Positions 8,706 through 15,695 of a stretch of DNA of 63,990 nt are shown one piece after another (within the stretch, counting starts at the first letter, position 1; the number at the start of each line of letters is the position of its first letter). The DNA is taken from the IMG/VR virus record IMGVR_UViG_3300021960_000068, positions 1-63,990 of that record. The stretch is one strand, 5' to 3'. Under the pieces are notes generated by a model that worked only from the letters and a program-made list of their open reading frames with translations, was not told the origin of the DNA and did not search any database. Origin of the DNA: a virus (taxonomy: Duplodnaviria > Caudoviricetes). A program made the translations under genes and the position numbers.

Positions 8706-9148
8706 ACTAATTCTTCTTTATTGTATTTTTTAAGTACCGCGTCTGGTTTACCTACAAATATAACTTTTTTAGAAAACGTGTGGTATATAGATATATAGGT
8801 TTGTTCACCTTCTTTAGGAAACAAAGTGTACACGTAGTCCGCCCAGCCATAATCATCATCAATAGGTGATAAGTATAAGCCACCAGGTCGATCTTTAAAT
8901 TCTTTTATAAACTGAGCCGCAAAACAACCTGGGCCATTTGCGTATCTATTAAGCTGTGGAGTTCTGCCTAAACCGTTTCCTATGCTAATACCTTCTAGCC
9001 ATTTGGCATATTCTACTGCCATATATTCAGGATAACCATCATATTGCTGATAAATATTCACAAGCGCAAGCTCTGGTTTTTCATGTGCTTTGTCATACGC
9101 CAAGCCTTCTTGACGTGGTATAATTCGTGTTAGTGATCTTGTGCCCAT
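8702..9148 (-). CDS. Conserved phage hypothetical protein (MGTRS...YDGYP type)
   Basis: Likely start MGTRSL at 9148; YQQYDGYPE motif. Confidence 0.65.
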   Translation of the reverse strand: MGTRSLTRIIPRQEGLAYDKAHEKPELALVNIYQQYDGYPEYMAVEYAKWLEGISIGNGLGRTPQLNRYANGPGCFAAQFIKEFKDRPGGLYLSPIDDDYGWADYVYTLFPKEGEQTYISIYHTFSKKVIFVGKPDAVLKKYNKEELV

Positions 9149-9297
9149 ATTATTTAAATTTACTTGCCACGTGGCGTATTTCTTCTTTTTCATACTGTTC
9201 AAGCCCAGGTGTTTGCTGAGCATACATACGAAGTACGTAGTGAACAAACGTGCAGTCGCTTTCTGTTAGTTTAATTGTCTTCATAATCTTGTTCCCA

Positions 9298-9525
9298 TTA
9301 AATTTTAGCTTTATTAATTGTTGTTATTAATGTTTCTACAGATTTTTTATCAGTAAAGCGTATCGTTGAGGTTTCAAAAACTTCAACCACCCATTTATTA
9401 TCTACAACCTCATCGCTTGCTTGAGTAATTAACCCAAAACCTCTTGCCAAATCATACGTGTAATAATAAAAATTATCACCGAATTCTTTTGTAAATCCTA
9501 AATCTACTAAGTCTTGTTCTTTCAT
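9298..9525 (-). CDS. Hypothetical protein
   Basis: ORF coupled to neighbours. Confidence 0.6.
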   Translation of the reverse strand: MKEQDLVDLGFTKEFGDNFYYYTYDLARGFGLITQASDEVVDNKWVVEVFETSTIRFTDKKSVETLITTINKAKI

Positions 9526-9731
9526 AGTCCTGATTTTTTAAGGAAGTAGTTGTATACTTCTGGTATATGTTTCTTGTAGTAAGGCTGGCTATCTTTAACC
9601 CACTGTTTAAGCTCTGCTTTATTAGTAAAAGGTAGCCTGTTTATGTGATTAGCCATATTAAACATAGGTTCTATATCATCAATAAAATCACCGACTGTCC
9701 AGCCTTCCCATATATGTTTGTCTCTATTCAT
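9522..9731 (-). CDS. Hypothetical protein
   Basis: HIWEGWTV...QPYYKK; coupled ORF. Confidence 0.65.
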   Translation of the reverse strand: MNRDKHIWEGWTVGDFIDDIEPMFNMANHINRLPFTNKAELKQWVKDSQPYYKKHIPEVYNYFLKKSGL

Positions 9732-9877
9732 TATTCCCAGTATTTGTTTACTAGATCTTCAGACCAAAGCGCTTTACTTAAATCTTTTATTGTTTCCATA
9801 AACTCATCAAATACAACTTCGTCTGTACCTAAATCTATACTGTACGTTTTCTCGTAATGTTTAATTATTATTTTCAT
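9731..9877 (-). CDS. Hypothetical 48-aa protein
   Basis: MKIIIKHYEKTYSIDLG...KYWE fills the gap; TAATG overlap. Confidence 0.5.
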   Translation of the reverse strand: MKIIIKHYEKTYSIDLGTDEVVFDEFMETIKDLSKALWSEDLVNKYWE

Positions 9878-9878
9878 A

Positions 9879-10484
9879 TTAGTGAAATATTAGTCCTATT
9901 TTTTTGTTTTTGCTAAACCACTTTGTTGCCATCAAATCAATACTAGAAGCATCCACATAACCGTTAGATAGCAGATCGCTATTAGTAGAAAAGATTTTTG
10001 TGTGTCTATGTTTTCTTTCATTTATCATATGTTTTTGTTTGCCAGAATCACTGAATATAATATCGTAATTACTTGGTAATGAGGTTTTTAAAATTAAATC
10101 TACCATATTGGTATAACTGTAAAACCTTACGTTTGGGTTTTGCTTTGCAATGGTAATCCACTTTTTTAGATACGCGCCGGAATAATAATCACCGCTATCA
10201 TGGACACGTACGTAATCAGGTTTTTTACGTTTTATTTCAGCGTTCATTGCATCTACAAATCTGTCTGTTTTAGTTAGCTCGTAGCGCTTTTCGAAAGCAG
10301 GTTTTACATTGCTCCAGATATATGCGCCTTTCTTAGCGTAACAAAACTTTATACAGTCTTTAGCCATTGGGCATGTTAGTTTACCACTGGCTGATTTGTA
10401 TGCAGGTATACCGAAGTTAAACACCTTAAGCCCTAATTCTTTACTGGTCTTTTTTAATTTACTATTTTGAGTCAGAAGATTCAT
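9879..10484 (-). CDS. Gene product 88 (GP88) family, radical-SAM-like
   Basis: NSKLKK, CPMAKDCIKFCYA, RVHDSGD, FYSYT. Confidence 0.8.
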   Translation of the reverse strand: MNLLTQNSKLKKTSKELGLKVFNFGIPAYKSASGKLTCPMAKDCIKFCYAKKGAYIWSNVKPAFEKRYELTKTDRFVDAMNAEIKRKKPDYVRVHDSGDYYSGAYLKKWITIAKQNPNVRFYSYTNMVDLILKTSLPSNYDIIFSDSGKQKHMINERKHRHTKIFSTNSDLLSNGYVDASSIDLMATKWFSKNKKIGLIFH

Positions 10485-10490
10485 AGTACT

Positions 10491-10703
10491 CTATCTATTG
10501 TTTCTAAAGTGCTCATTTGATAGTATATTTTCAATTTTATCTTCCATACTTACTATATCTTTTGCAAGCTCAAGTATAGTATCTAGACCTCTTTGCTCTG
10601 AATAGCTAAGGTTCACGTCTATATCGCAGTCAAATAGTGTATCTACTACGTCCTGCATATCGTTTGAGGTATTTTCATACCTGCAATAACTCATGTTTGG
10701 CAT
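10491..10703 (-). CDS. Hypothetical protein (MSYCRYENT type)
   Basis: ORF directly downstream of a repeat copy. Confidence 0.7.
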   Translation of the reverse strand: MPNMSYCRYENTSNDMQDVVDTLFDCDIDVNLSYSEQRGLDTILELAKDIVSMEDKIENILSNEHFRNNR

Positions 10704-10716
10704 ATTTATTTTTATT

Positions 10717-10749
10717 TATTATCCGTTAGTGTTCGTGTTTTGTTTTTAA
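10717..10749 (-). promoter_or_regulatory. Early promoter-like repeat, copy 7 (degenerate)
   Basis: TTAAAAACAAAACACGA-N8-GGATAATA. Confidence 0.6.
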
Positions 10750-10752
10750 TAG

Positions 10753-10825
10753 TTGTCTCACTAGGAATCGAACCTAGACTCTTCTGAACCAAAATCAGAC
10801 GTGTTACCAATTACACCATGAGACA
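10753..10825 (-). tRNA. tRNA-Gln(UUG)
   Basis: Acceptor TGTCTCA/TGAGACA, D arm GGTGTAATTGGTAACAC, anticodon arm TCTGA-TTTTGGT-TCAGA, T arm CTAGG-TTCGATT-CCTAG; CCA not encoded. Confidence 0.95.
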
Positions 10826-10832
10826 GGTGGTT

Positions 10833-11099
10833 TTAATCTAATAAAGTCATGTATGCTGAAGGATTAGCTGATCTAAACCAGTCAATACCTTTACGCATTT
10901 CATTTATTAGTTTTTGAGATGCAAAATTAGTACGCTCAAGTATCATATTGCAACCCATAATAAAGTCATACATACTAAGCTCATTAGCATTTAACTCTGC
11001 TGGTTCGCCTGTAAATATGTTTTCTACTGTACCACCTTTTGGGTACACATCGCCATTAAACCATTTCGGTAGCGGCTTCATCTGTGTTTTCGTACTCAT
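10833..11099 (-). CDS. Hypothetical protein
   Basis: ORF ending AYMTLLD. Confidence 0.7.
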   Translation of the reverse strand: MSTKTQMKPLPKWFNGDVYPKGGTVENIFTGEPAELNANELSMYDFIMGCNMILERTNFASQKLINEMRKGIDWFRSANPSAYMTLLD

Positions 11100-11520
11100 A
11101 TCCTTGTTCTATTAGTTTGTTTTCTATTTCTTCTTTTATATCGTTTACCATACTACCGTAAGACTCTTCAACGGCTTCCATAAATGGGTGCCAATCTAAG
11201 TCATCAACATACATACTTTGACCCTCCTGTATTGCTTCAGCGATTTCATCCGCTAAATCATTTTCATAATAGTGTATGTCTTCACTTACGCACACGCTAT
11301 CAGGGTTATGAGTGGCAATATAAACTGTATATCCATCTGCAGTTGTTTCTTCGTAGCAATAAAAATCAAAGTGTTTATTACTCCATTGATCTGAAACTTC
11401 GCAGTCGTAATGCTTTTCTAGTAAATTCCAAGCTTTAGTTTCGTCCATATCGTGGTACTCTAAGTACCCTTTAGCTTCTAACTTATCAGTTATTAGCTTG
11501 TCTGTTAGTATTTTTTCCAT
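11056..11520 (-). CDS. Acidic hypothetical protein
   Basis: 154-aa D/E-rich ORF. Confidence 0.7.
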   Translation of the reverse strand: MEKILTDKLITDKLEAKGYLEYHDMDETKAWNLLEKHYDCEVSDQWSNKHFDFYCYEETTADGYTVYIATHNPDSVCVSEDIHYYENDLADEIAEAIQEGQSMYVDDLDWHPFMEAVEESYGSMVNDIKEEIENKLIEQGYEYENTDEAATEMV

Positions 11521-11858
11521 TTGTTTTTGCTATAATAGTTTTTAAGAATATAATTAAATATAAAGTTTATGCGATTATTTTCGCCGTATATCATGATACG
11601 CTTTTTACTTGTCCAAGCCCTAAGCTCACCATCTTTACTAATCACCTTGTAAGGCACTTCGTAAGTTGGGTTTATTTGATATCTTGTGTAACAGTTTCTA
11701 TCAATTCTTACATAACCCGTTTGATAAGAGGCTATTGTCACACGTTTACCTCTTACATAAAAAGGTATAGCAAACTCTCTAGTTCCATTAACCTGCTGTC
11801 GCGGCGTTGTAATCTCTTCGACTTCCAAGTATTTCATCAACGTAGTCGTGTTTTCCAT
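11505..11858 (-). CDS. Hypothetical protein
   Basis: 117-aa ORF in the early arm. Confidence 0.7.
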   Translation of the reverse strand: MENTTTLMKYLEVEEITTPRQQVNGTREFAIPFYVRGKRVTIASYQTGYVRIDRNCYTRYQINPTYEVPYKVISKDGELRAWTSKKRIMIYGENNRINFIFNYILKNYYSKNKWKKY

Positions 11859-12084
11859 AATCTAATTCTATTAGTTTTAATATATAATTCCAAGTTTCAA
11901 GCTCGCGCTTTGCAGCGTCAAGACATATTTCTAACTCGCGCATAGTTACTACACCAGTATTCTTACGCTCAATGTCATACTCTAGTCTTCTAACTTCGAG
12001 TTGCATTGCGTGTATTTTAGCAAACGCTTTGTCGTGTGCTTTTAGTTTAATCGTTTCCTTCATAGTCATCAAAAATTTCATCAC
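11788..12084 (-). CDS. Hypothetical coiled-coil protein
   Basis: ORF; start uncertain. Confidence 0.6.
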   Translation of the reverse strand: MMKFLMTMKETIKLKAHDKAFAKIHAMQLEVRRLEYDIERKNTGVVTMRELEICLDAAKRELETWNYILKLIELDYGKHDYVDEILGSRRDYNAATAG

Positions 12085-12301
12085 CCCAAATAATAGATAA
12101 AGCTGTTTGATTTACATAATCTGTATCAGAAAACAAATGAACTCGTCTTAGCTCGCCAACGGTTAAGTCTTGTACGAAGTAAGTATTTTCAAGTCTAGCA
12201 ATAACTTGCCTGACACTTGAGCTGTATTTACCTTCGTTTTCTTTAAGCTTAGCTCGCACGCGAGGCTTTAGCTTATCGTAAAGTGTCGGTATTTTAGTCA
12301 T
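12047..12301 (-). CDS. Hypothetical protein
   Basis: ORF directly after tRNA-like element A. Confidence 0.65.
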   Translation of the reverse strand: MTKIPTLYDKLKPRVRAKLKENEGKYSSSVRQVIARLENTYFVQDLTVGELRRVHLFSDTDYVNQTALSIIWGDEIFDDYEGND

Positions 12302-12316
12302 AATTTATAATTTTAG

Positions 12317-12384
12317 TGGACGTGGCAGGAATCGAACCTGCGTTTAGGTAATGCACAAAGCAGAACCCCTAACCCTTCACGCCC
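12317..12384 (-). ncRNA. D-armless tRNA-like RNA A, resembling a tmRNA tRNA-like domain, with G3:U70
   Basis: GGGCGTG/CACGTCC acceptor, T arm GCAGG-TTCGATT-CCTGC, helix TTAGG/CCTAA, no D stem. Confidence 0.75.
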
Positions 12385-12387
12385 ATT

Positions 12388-12463
12388 TGTGCAGTCATTT
12401 CCTAAGCGCGGTGCACCACTGTCGTTAAACCGGTGCGCGTCTTTGTTATTTATTCGCTGCACA
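12388..12463 (-). ncRNA. Structured element upstream of tRNA-like RNA A
   Basis: TGTGCAG/CTGCACA outer stem with inner GCACC/GGTGC stem; GC-rich in an AT-rich region. Confidence 0.5.
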
Positions 12464-12465
12464 TT

Positions 12466-12660
12466 CTACTTACGCCGCCAAGACCTGTGCACTGCTGCAC
12501 TGGTTTCTTGACTGACGATTTGTATTGTATTACCGGTTTTATGCTCAATAATTGGTACATAACTGTACGTTTGGGTTGTTGAGCACGACACACAAGTTTT
12601 GTAGCCCATATCTAATCGCAACTGTGGTATTTTTACACCGGGTTTACATCTACAATACAT
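12466..12660 (-). CDS. Small zinc-finger-like protein
   Basis: CRC...RL...TCVSC (DksA/TraR-like C4 pattern). Confidence 0.65.
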   Translation of the reverse strand: MYCRCKPGVKIPQLRLDMGYKTCVSCSTTQTYSYVPIIEHKTGNTIQIVSQETSAAVHRSWRRK

Positions 12661-12676
12661 ATTTATTATTTTATAT

Positions 12677-12709
12677 TATTATCCAACAGGTGTCGTATTT
12701 TGTTTGTAA
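12677..12709 (-). promoter_or_regulatory. Early promoter-like repeat, copy 6
   Basis: TTACAAACAAAATACGA-N8-GGATAATA. Confidence 0.75.
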
Positions 12710-12903
12710 TCAGGTAATAATTCTACAGCTAGTTTTTCAACAGCTTTTTCAATAATGTGATTACAAGCGTTGTAATATTCATCACCTGATAGTTTATCTA
12801 CGATAGTTCCATCAACTGACCAGCTAATAGAATCCATCATAACTTCTTTTAAGTTATCCGCTACAGCTTCTGCAATCGAATCTAGTTCTTTCGTTTTACT
12901 CAT
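12679..12903 (-). CDS. Hypothetical protein
   Basis: ORF whose 3' end runs through the repeat. Confidence 0.6.
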   Translation of the reverse strand: MSKTKELDSIAEAVADNLKEVMMDSISWSVDGTIVDKLSGDEYYNACNHIIEKAVEKLAVELLPDYKQNTTPVG

Positions 12904-13053
12904 TTTCTATTATTTAGTTGGTTTATTTGCTCCATTTTGTAAGCTTCATATTCTTCTCTAGGTATCCATTTATCTATTTCAGAAAAATATACCATTCCGT
13001 CTTCATATCTAAATATAATTCCGTTAAAGTTTCCTGGTTCTAAAAATTCCATA

Positions 13054-13245
13054 TTAAAAGTAGTTTATTGTGTTATCAGAGTGGGACATCCACTCAATAT
13101 TGTTTAATTTATAGCCTTCGCTTGTTATAAACTCTTCAAAATCTTCAGTTTGCCAATGCGCAAGCGTAGTTTTATCAAAGTGGTCAGCGAGGTTGTATTG
13201 GTCTACTGAGCCATTTGCGAAGTCAAGTATAGTTATATAGTACAT
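13054..13245 (-). CDS. Hypothetical protein
   Basis: 63-aa ORF. Confidence 0.65.
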   Translation of the reverse strand: MYYITILDFANGSVDQYNLADHFDKTTLAHWQTEDFEEFITSEGYKLNNIEWMSHSDNTINYF

Positions 13246-13490
13246 TTCTTGATTTGTTTTAGTTGTTCGACTGAGTATTGTTTGCTAGTTTCACGCCACA
13301 TAGCATGGTGAGTGAACTTTCTAACTTTTGGGAAGCTAGATTTCTGACTGTGTACAATACGAGTGTATTCGTTGTCAGTTAGTCCACTGCACCTGCCTTC
13401 GTGGGCGAACTTGCGTCTATGCTCCGCAGCTCGCTGTTTTCTCATACGCGTAGAGTATTCGCATAGCTCTTTCATAGTTGTTACGCCCAT
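13233..13490 (-). CDS. Hypothetical basic protein
   Basis: ORF; start uncertain. Confidence 0.6.
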   Translation of the reverse strand: MGVTTMKELCEYSTRMRKQRAAEHRRKFAHEGRCSGLTDNEYTRIVHSQKSSFPKVRKFTHHAMWRETSKQYSVEQLKQIKKCTI

Positions 13491-13684
13491 GGGTTATCTG
13501 ATTTAGGTACATAGGTTAGACCTTTGTAGTTGAACCATTCAGAGATACCTTCTTGGATATTACCGTCGCCTGTTAGCCTTTGTTTGAAGCCAAATGATGG
13601 AGGTAGATTACCTACGTTGTAAGGTTTGTAAATTTCGCCGTTAAGCTTGATTGTCTTGTTTGACAAGAATTTGATTGATTGCAT
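13481..13684 (-). CDS. Hypothetical protein
   Basis: ORF directly downstream of a repeat copy. Confidence 0.65.
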   Translation of the reverse strand: MQSIKFLSNKTIKLNGEIYKPYNVGNLPPSFGFKQRLTGDGNIQEGISEWFNYKGLTYVPKSDNPWA

Positions 13685-13703
13685 AGTTTGTATTTGTTTA
13701 TTA

Positions 13704-13736
13704 TATTATCCAGTAAGCGTCGTATTTTATTTGTAA
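13704..13736 (-). promoter_or_regulatory. Early promoter-like repeat, copy 5
   Basis: TTACAAATAAAATACGA-N8-GGATAATA. Confidence 0.75.
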
Positions 13737-13870
13737 TACTCTGCTTGCCATTGTGGAATACCTGAGTTATAACGCTCATACCATTCGCGCTCAACTGTTT
13801 CGATTTGCGCTCGGGTTAGTTTTGCAACGGTTAGTCGAGTTCTTTTTCGTGTAGTTTTGCTTCTAGCCAT
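13727..13870 (-). CDS. Hypothetical 47-aa protein
   Basis: MARSKTTRKRTRLTVAKLTRAQIETVEREWYERYNSGIPQWQAEYYK; below the ORF-track cutoff. Confidence 0.55.
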   Translation of the reverse strand: MARSKTTRKRTRLTVAKLTRAQIETVEREWYERYNSGIPQWQAEYYK

Positions 13871-14070
13871 TCGTATTCTTCTTTGTTAATTTTATCTTCT
13901 ATTTTTACAATTAAGTCGTTAAATAAGTCTTGAGTAGTTTCACCGTCTTCTAAGTCACATTCGTGAGTTACAAAGCTTAGTACTCTTTGAGCTACGTGAG
14001 CCCAACCATTTAAGTCGTATAGGTCAGCGAAGTAGTCTATTGTTTCTTCGTTCCAAGTAAATTCTTTCAT
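13831..14070 (-). CDS. Acidic hypothetical protein
   Basis: 79-aa ORF. Confidence 0.65.
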   Translation of the reverse strand: MKEFTWNEETIDYFADLYDLNGWAHVAQRVLSFVTHECDLEDGETTQDLFNDLIVKIEDKINKEEYEWLEAKLHEKELD

Positions 14071-14249
14071 TTATTTTTATTTAAGTTAATTAACAACTGT
14101 CTTTCTCGCATAGCTTTAAAAGTATCACTTATCAGTTCACTTCTCTGTTCGCTTGTAAGACCAGCGATGTAGTTAGTATTGTAGCGTTCGTTTGCTAGTT
14201 TGTGTAAGTGGTCGTAGTAGTTTATACGTTTCATATTAGTTGTTTATTA

Positions 14250-14282
14250 TATTATCCAAAGAGTGTTGTATTTTATCTGTAG
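14250..14282 (-). promoter_or_regulatory. Early promoter-like repeat, copy 4
   Basis: CTACAGATAAAATACAA-N8-GGATAATA. Confidence 0.7.
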
Positions 14283-14419
14283 ATACCAAAATCTGCATCG
14301 AGCTGACCGGTGATTAAACCAAATATAAGGAAACCAATTCCAGATATTGCCATTGTAGTTAAACCAATTACGGTTGCATAAGTTATAGCTATGATAGCTT
14401 TGTGTGTAAACTTTCTCAT
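14273..14419 (-). CDS. 48-aa single-pass membrane peptide
   Basis: MRKFTHKAIIAITYATVIGLTTMAISGIGFLIFGLITGQLDADFGIYR. Confidence 0.6.
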   Translation of the reverse strand: MRKFTHKAIIAITYATVIGLTTMAISGIGFLIFGLITGQLDADFGIYR

Positions 14420-14564
14420 TTGTTAGTTGATTTATAGTAGTTAATTCTTTCTTGTACTTGCTCGCGAGTAATCTCACCGTCAAGTTGCATGAGTATATAT
14501 CCACTCATATCGATTTGTTTGCCGTTTTGGCAAGTTAGTATAAATTGCATAGTTAATTATTTAG

Positions 14565-14643
14565 AAGTCGCTGTGAGAATCGAACTCACACAAGTGATAG
14601 AGTTGGTATTCGTCCATCGTTGTCACTTGTAACCGTTGCGACT
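14565..14643 (-). ncRNA. D-armless tRNA-like RNA B
   Basis: AGTCGC/GCGACT acceptor, AACGGTT linker, ACAAGTGA/TCACTTGT helix, T arm GTGAG-TTCGATT-CTCAC. Confidence 0.7.
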
Positions 14644-14736
14644 AGTTTTTACCGCTTGCTCGTTTTATTTTATGTCGCTAAGGCGATAGCTCAACTACGA
14701 CATTAGTTATACTGAATTTAAGCAGTTTGTTTCAAG

Positions 14737-14967
14737 TTATAGTACTTCAGTATTTTGAAGTGCTTTTGGAACAGAAGTTGATGAAGTATACGAGTTGTAC
14801 TTTAACCAACATGACAAGTGGTCAAGATTTTCAGACATTAGCTCATAAGCTTTATCGTGATTGTATTTGAATGTTTTACCATTTTTGAATGTAACTTCAA
14901 TGATAGTATTTTGACCGATTAAAGATTTACGAATGACGAATCTTTTAGAAGTAATTGAATTTTGCAT
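14737..14967 (-). CDS. Hypothetical early protein
   Basis: KRFVIRKSLIG...YNHD...YTS; downstream of a repeat copy. Confidence 0.7.
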   Translation of the reverse strand: MQNSITSKRFVIRKSLIGQNTIIEVTFKNGKTFKYNHDKAYELMSENLDHLSCWLKYNSYTSSTSVPKALQNTEVL

Positions 14968-15011
14968 AGTTATGAATTTAAGTATTTATATTTGTTATTT
15001 AGTATTTATAT

Positions 15012-15044
15012 TATTATCCAGTTGCTGTCGTATTTTGTTTGTAA
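15012..15044 (-). promoter_or_regulatory. Early promoter-like repeat, copy 3
   Basis: TTACAAACAAAATACGA-N8-GGATAATA. Confidence 0.75.
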
Positions 15045-15140
15045 AGAGTGTAGTTTTATTTAGTACTAGTTTTTGTTTAGTGGTTATTACACTACGCTTC
15101 TTTGTGTATAACTAATTAGTTTGTTAGTTAGTTACATTTA

Positions 15141-15173
15141 TATTATCCAAAATAGTTCGTATTTTGTCTGTAA
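15141..15173 (-). promoter_or_regulatory. Early promoter-like repeat, copy 2
   Basis: TTACAGACAAAATACGA-N8-GGATAATA. Confidence 0.75.
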
Positions 15174-15346
15174 TTATAGTTTGCTTATTAATTCGTCGAG
15201 CGTAATTTGCAAGCTAGTTTTAGTAACGTTGCCGTTTATATATTGGTTTAGTTCGTCGATTGCAGTTAGTATTTCGATTTTAGTATTAGAATTAATTTGC
15301 ATAGTAATTATTTTTAGTTATTTAGTAGCTTAATTGCTTACGTATA

Positions 15347-15379
15347 TATTATCCAAACGTACTCGTATTTTGTCTGTAA
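15347..15379 (-). promoter_or_regulatory. Early promoter-like repeat, copy 1
   Basis: TTACAGACAAAATACGA-N8-GGATAATA. Confidence 0.75.
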
Positions 15380-15582
15380 AAATAAAATTAGTTAGTTAGC
15401 TTCCGTCGGAAAAAGTCAAAACATTCTACGTAACTGGCTGATTTTCTGGTATATATATGTTAAAAAAGTCAAAAAGTTGGGGGGCCCGGTGAATTTAAAA
15501 CCGTTTTTGTAAATCGTTGATAATCAATAACATAGGGGGTAGCACTATACCCCAATATTTGTAACGTGATTTTTTCAATAGG

Positions 15583-15627
15583 GTGACATTAGGGTTATAA
15601 GTATATATAGTAAGGGGCTATTGTCAC
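15583..15627. promoter_or_regulatory. Inverted-repeat operator-like site, copy 2
   Basis: GTGACATTAG-(AT-rich)-AGGGGCTATTGTCAC. Confidence 0.65.
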
Positions 15628-15641
15628 TATATAACTAGTTT

Positions 15642-15671
15642 GTAAACTATCACTTTTATCTGTGAGTATAT
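15642..15671 (+). promoter_or_regulatory. Putative class II promoter GTAAA-N15-GTGAGTATAT
   Basis: Upstream of the first tail fibre gene; boxes identical to 23784-23813. Confidence 0.65.
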
Positions 15672-15695
15672 AACCTATAAAAGAATTTAAGAAAT

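Larger units (their letters stand above)
15380..15695. other. Divergent non-coding control region; candidate replication origin or genome end
   Basis: Strand switch, AAAAAGTCAAAA twice, IHF-like sites, GGGGTA/TACCCC hairpin, operator-like inverted repeat. Confidence 0.5.

Noticed and set aside
10700-10752. Theta (HDV-like) ribozyme 3' of tRNA-Gln
   Set aside because: The downstream sequence is AT-rich and occupied by the promoter-like repeat, with no nested double pseudoknot
12317-12384. Full-length or two-piece tmRNA, or an ordinary tRNA-Ala
   Set aside because: No tag ORF or pseudoknots between the ends, the order is not permuted, and there is no D stem or 7-nt anticodon loop
14247-14504. 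85-aa ORF from the track
   Set aside because: Better explained by two shorter ATG-started ORFs in other frames (14273-14419 and one starting at 14550)
10717-15379. CRISPR array interpretation of the seven repeats
   Set aside because: Spacing is irregular (about 130-1960 bp), whole genes lie between copies, the middle 8 nt vary, and there are no cas genes
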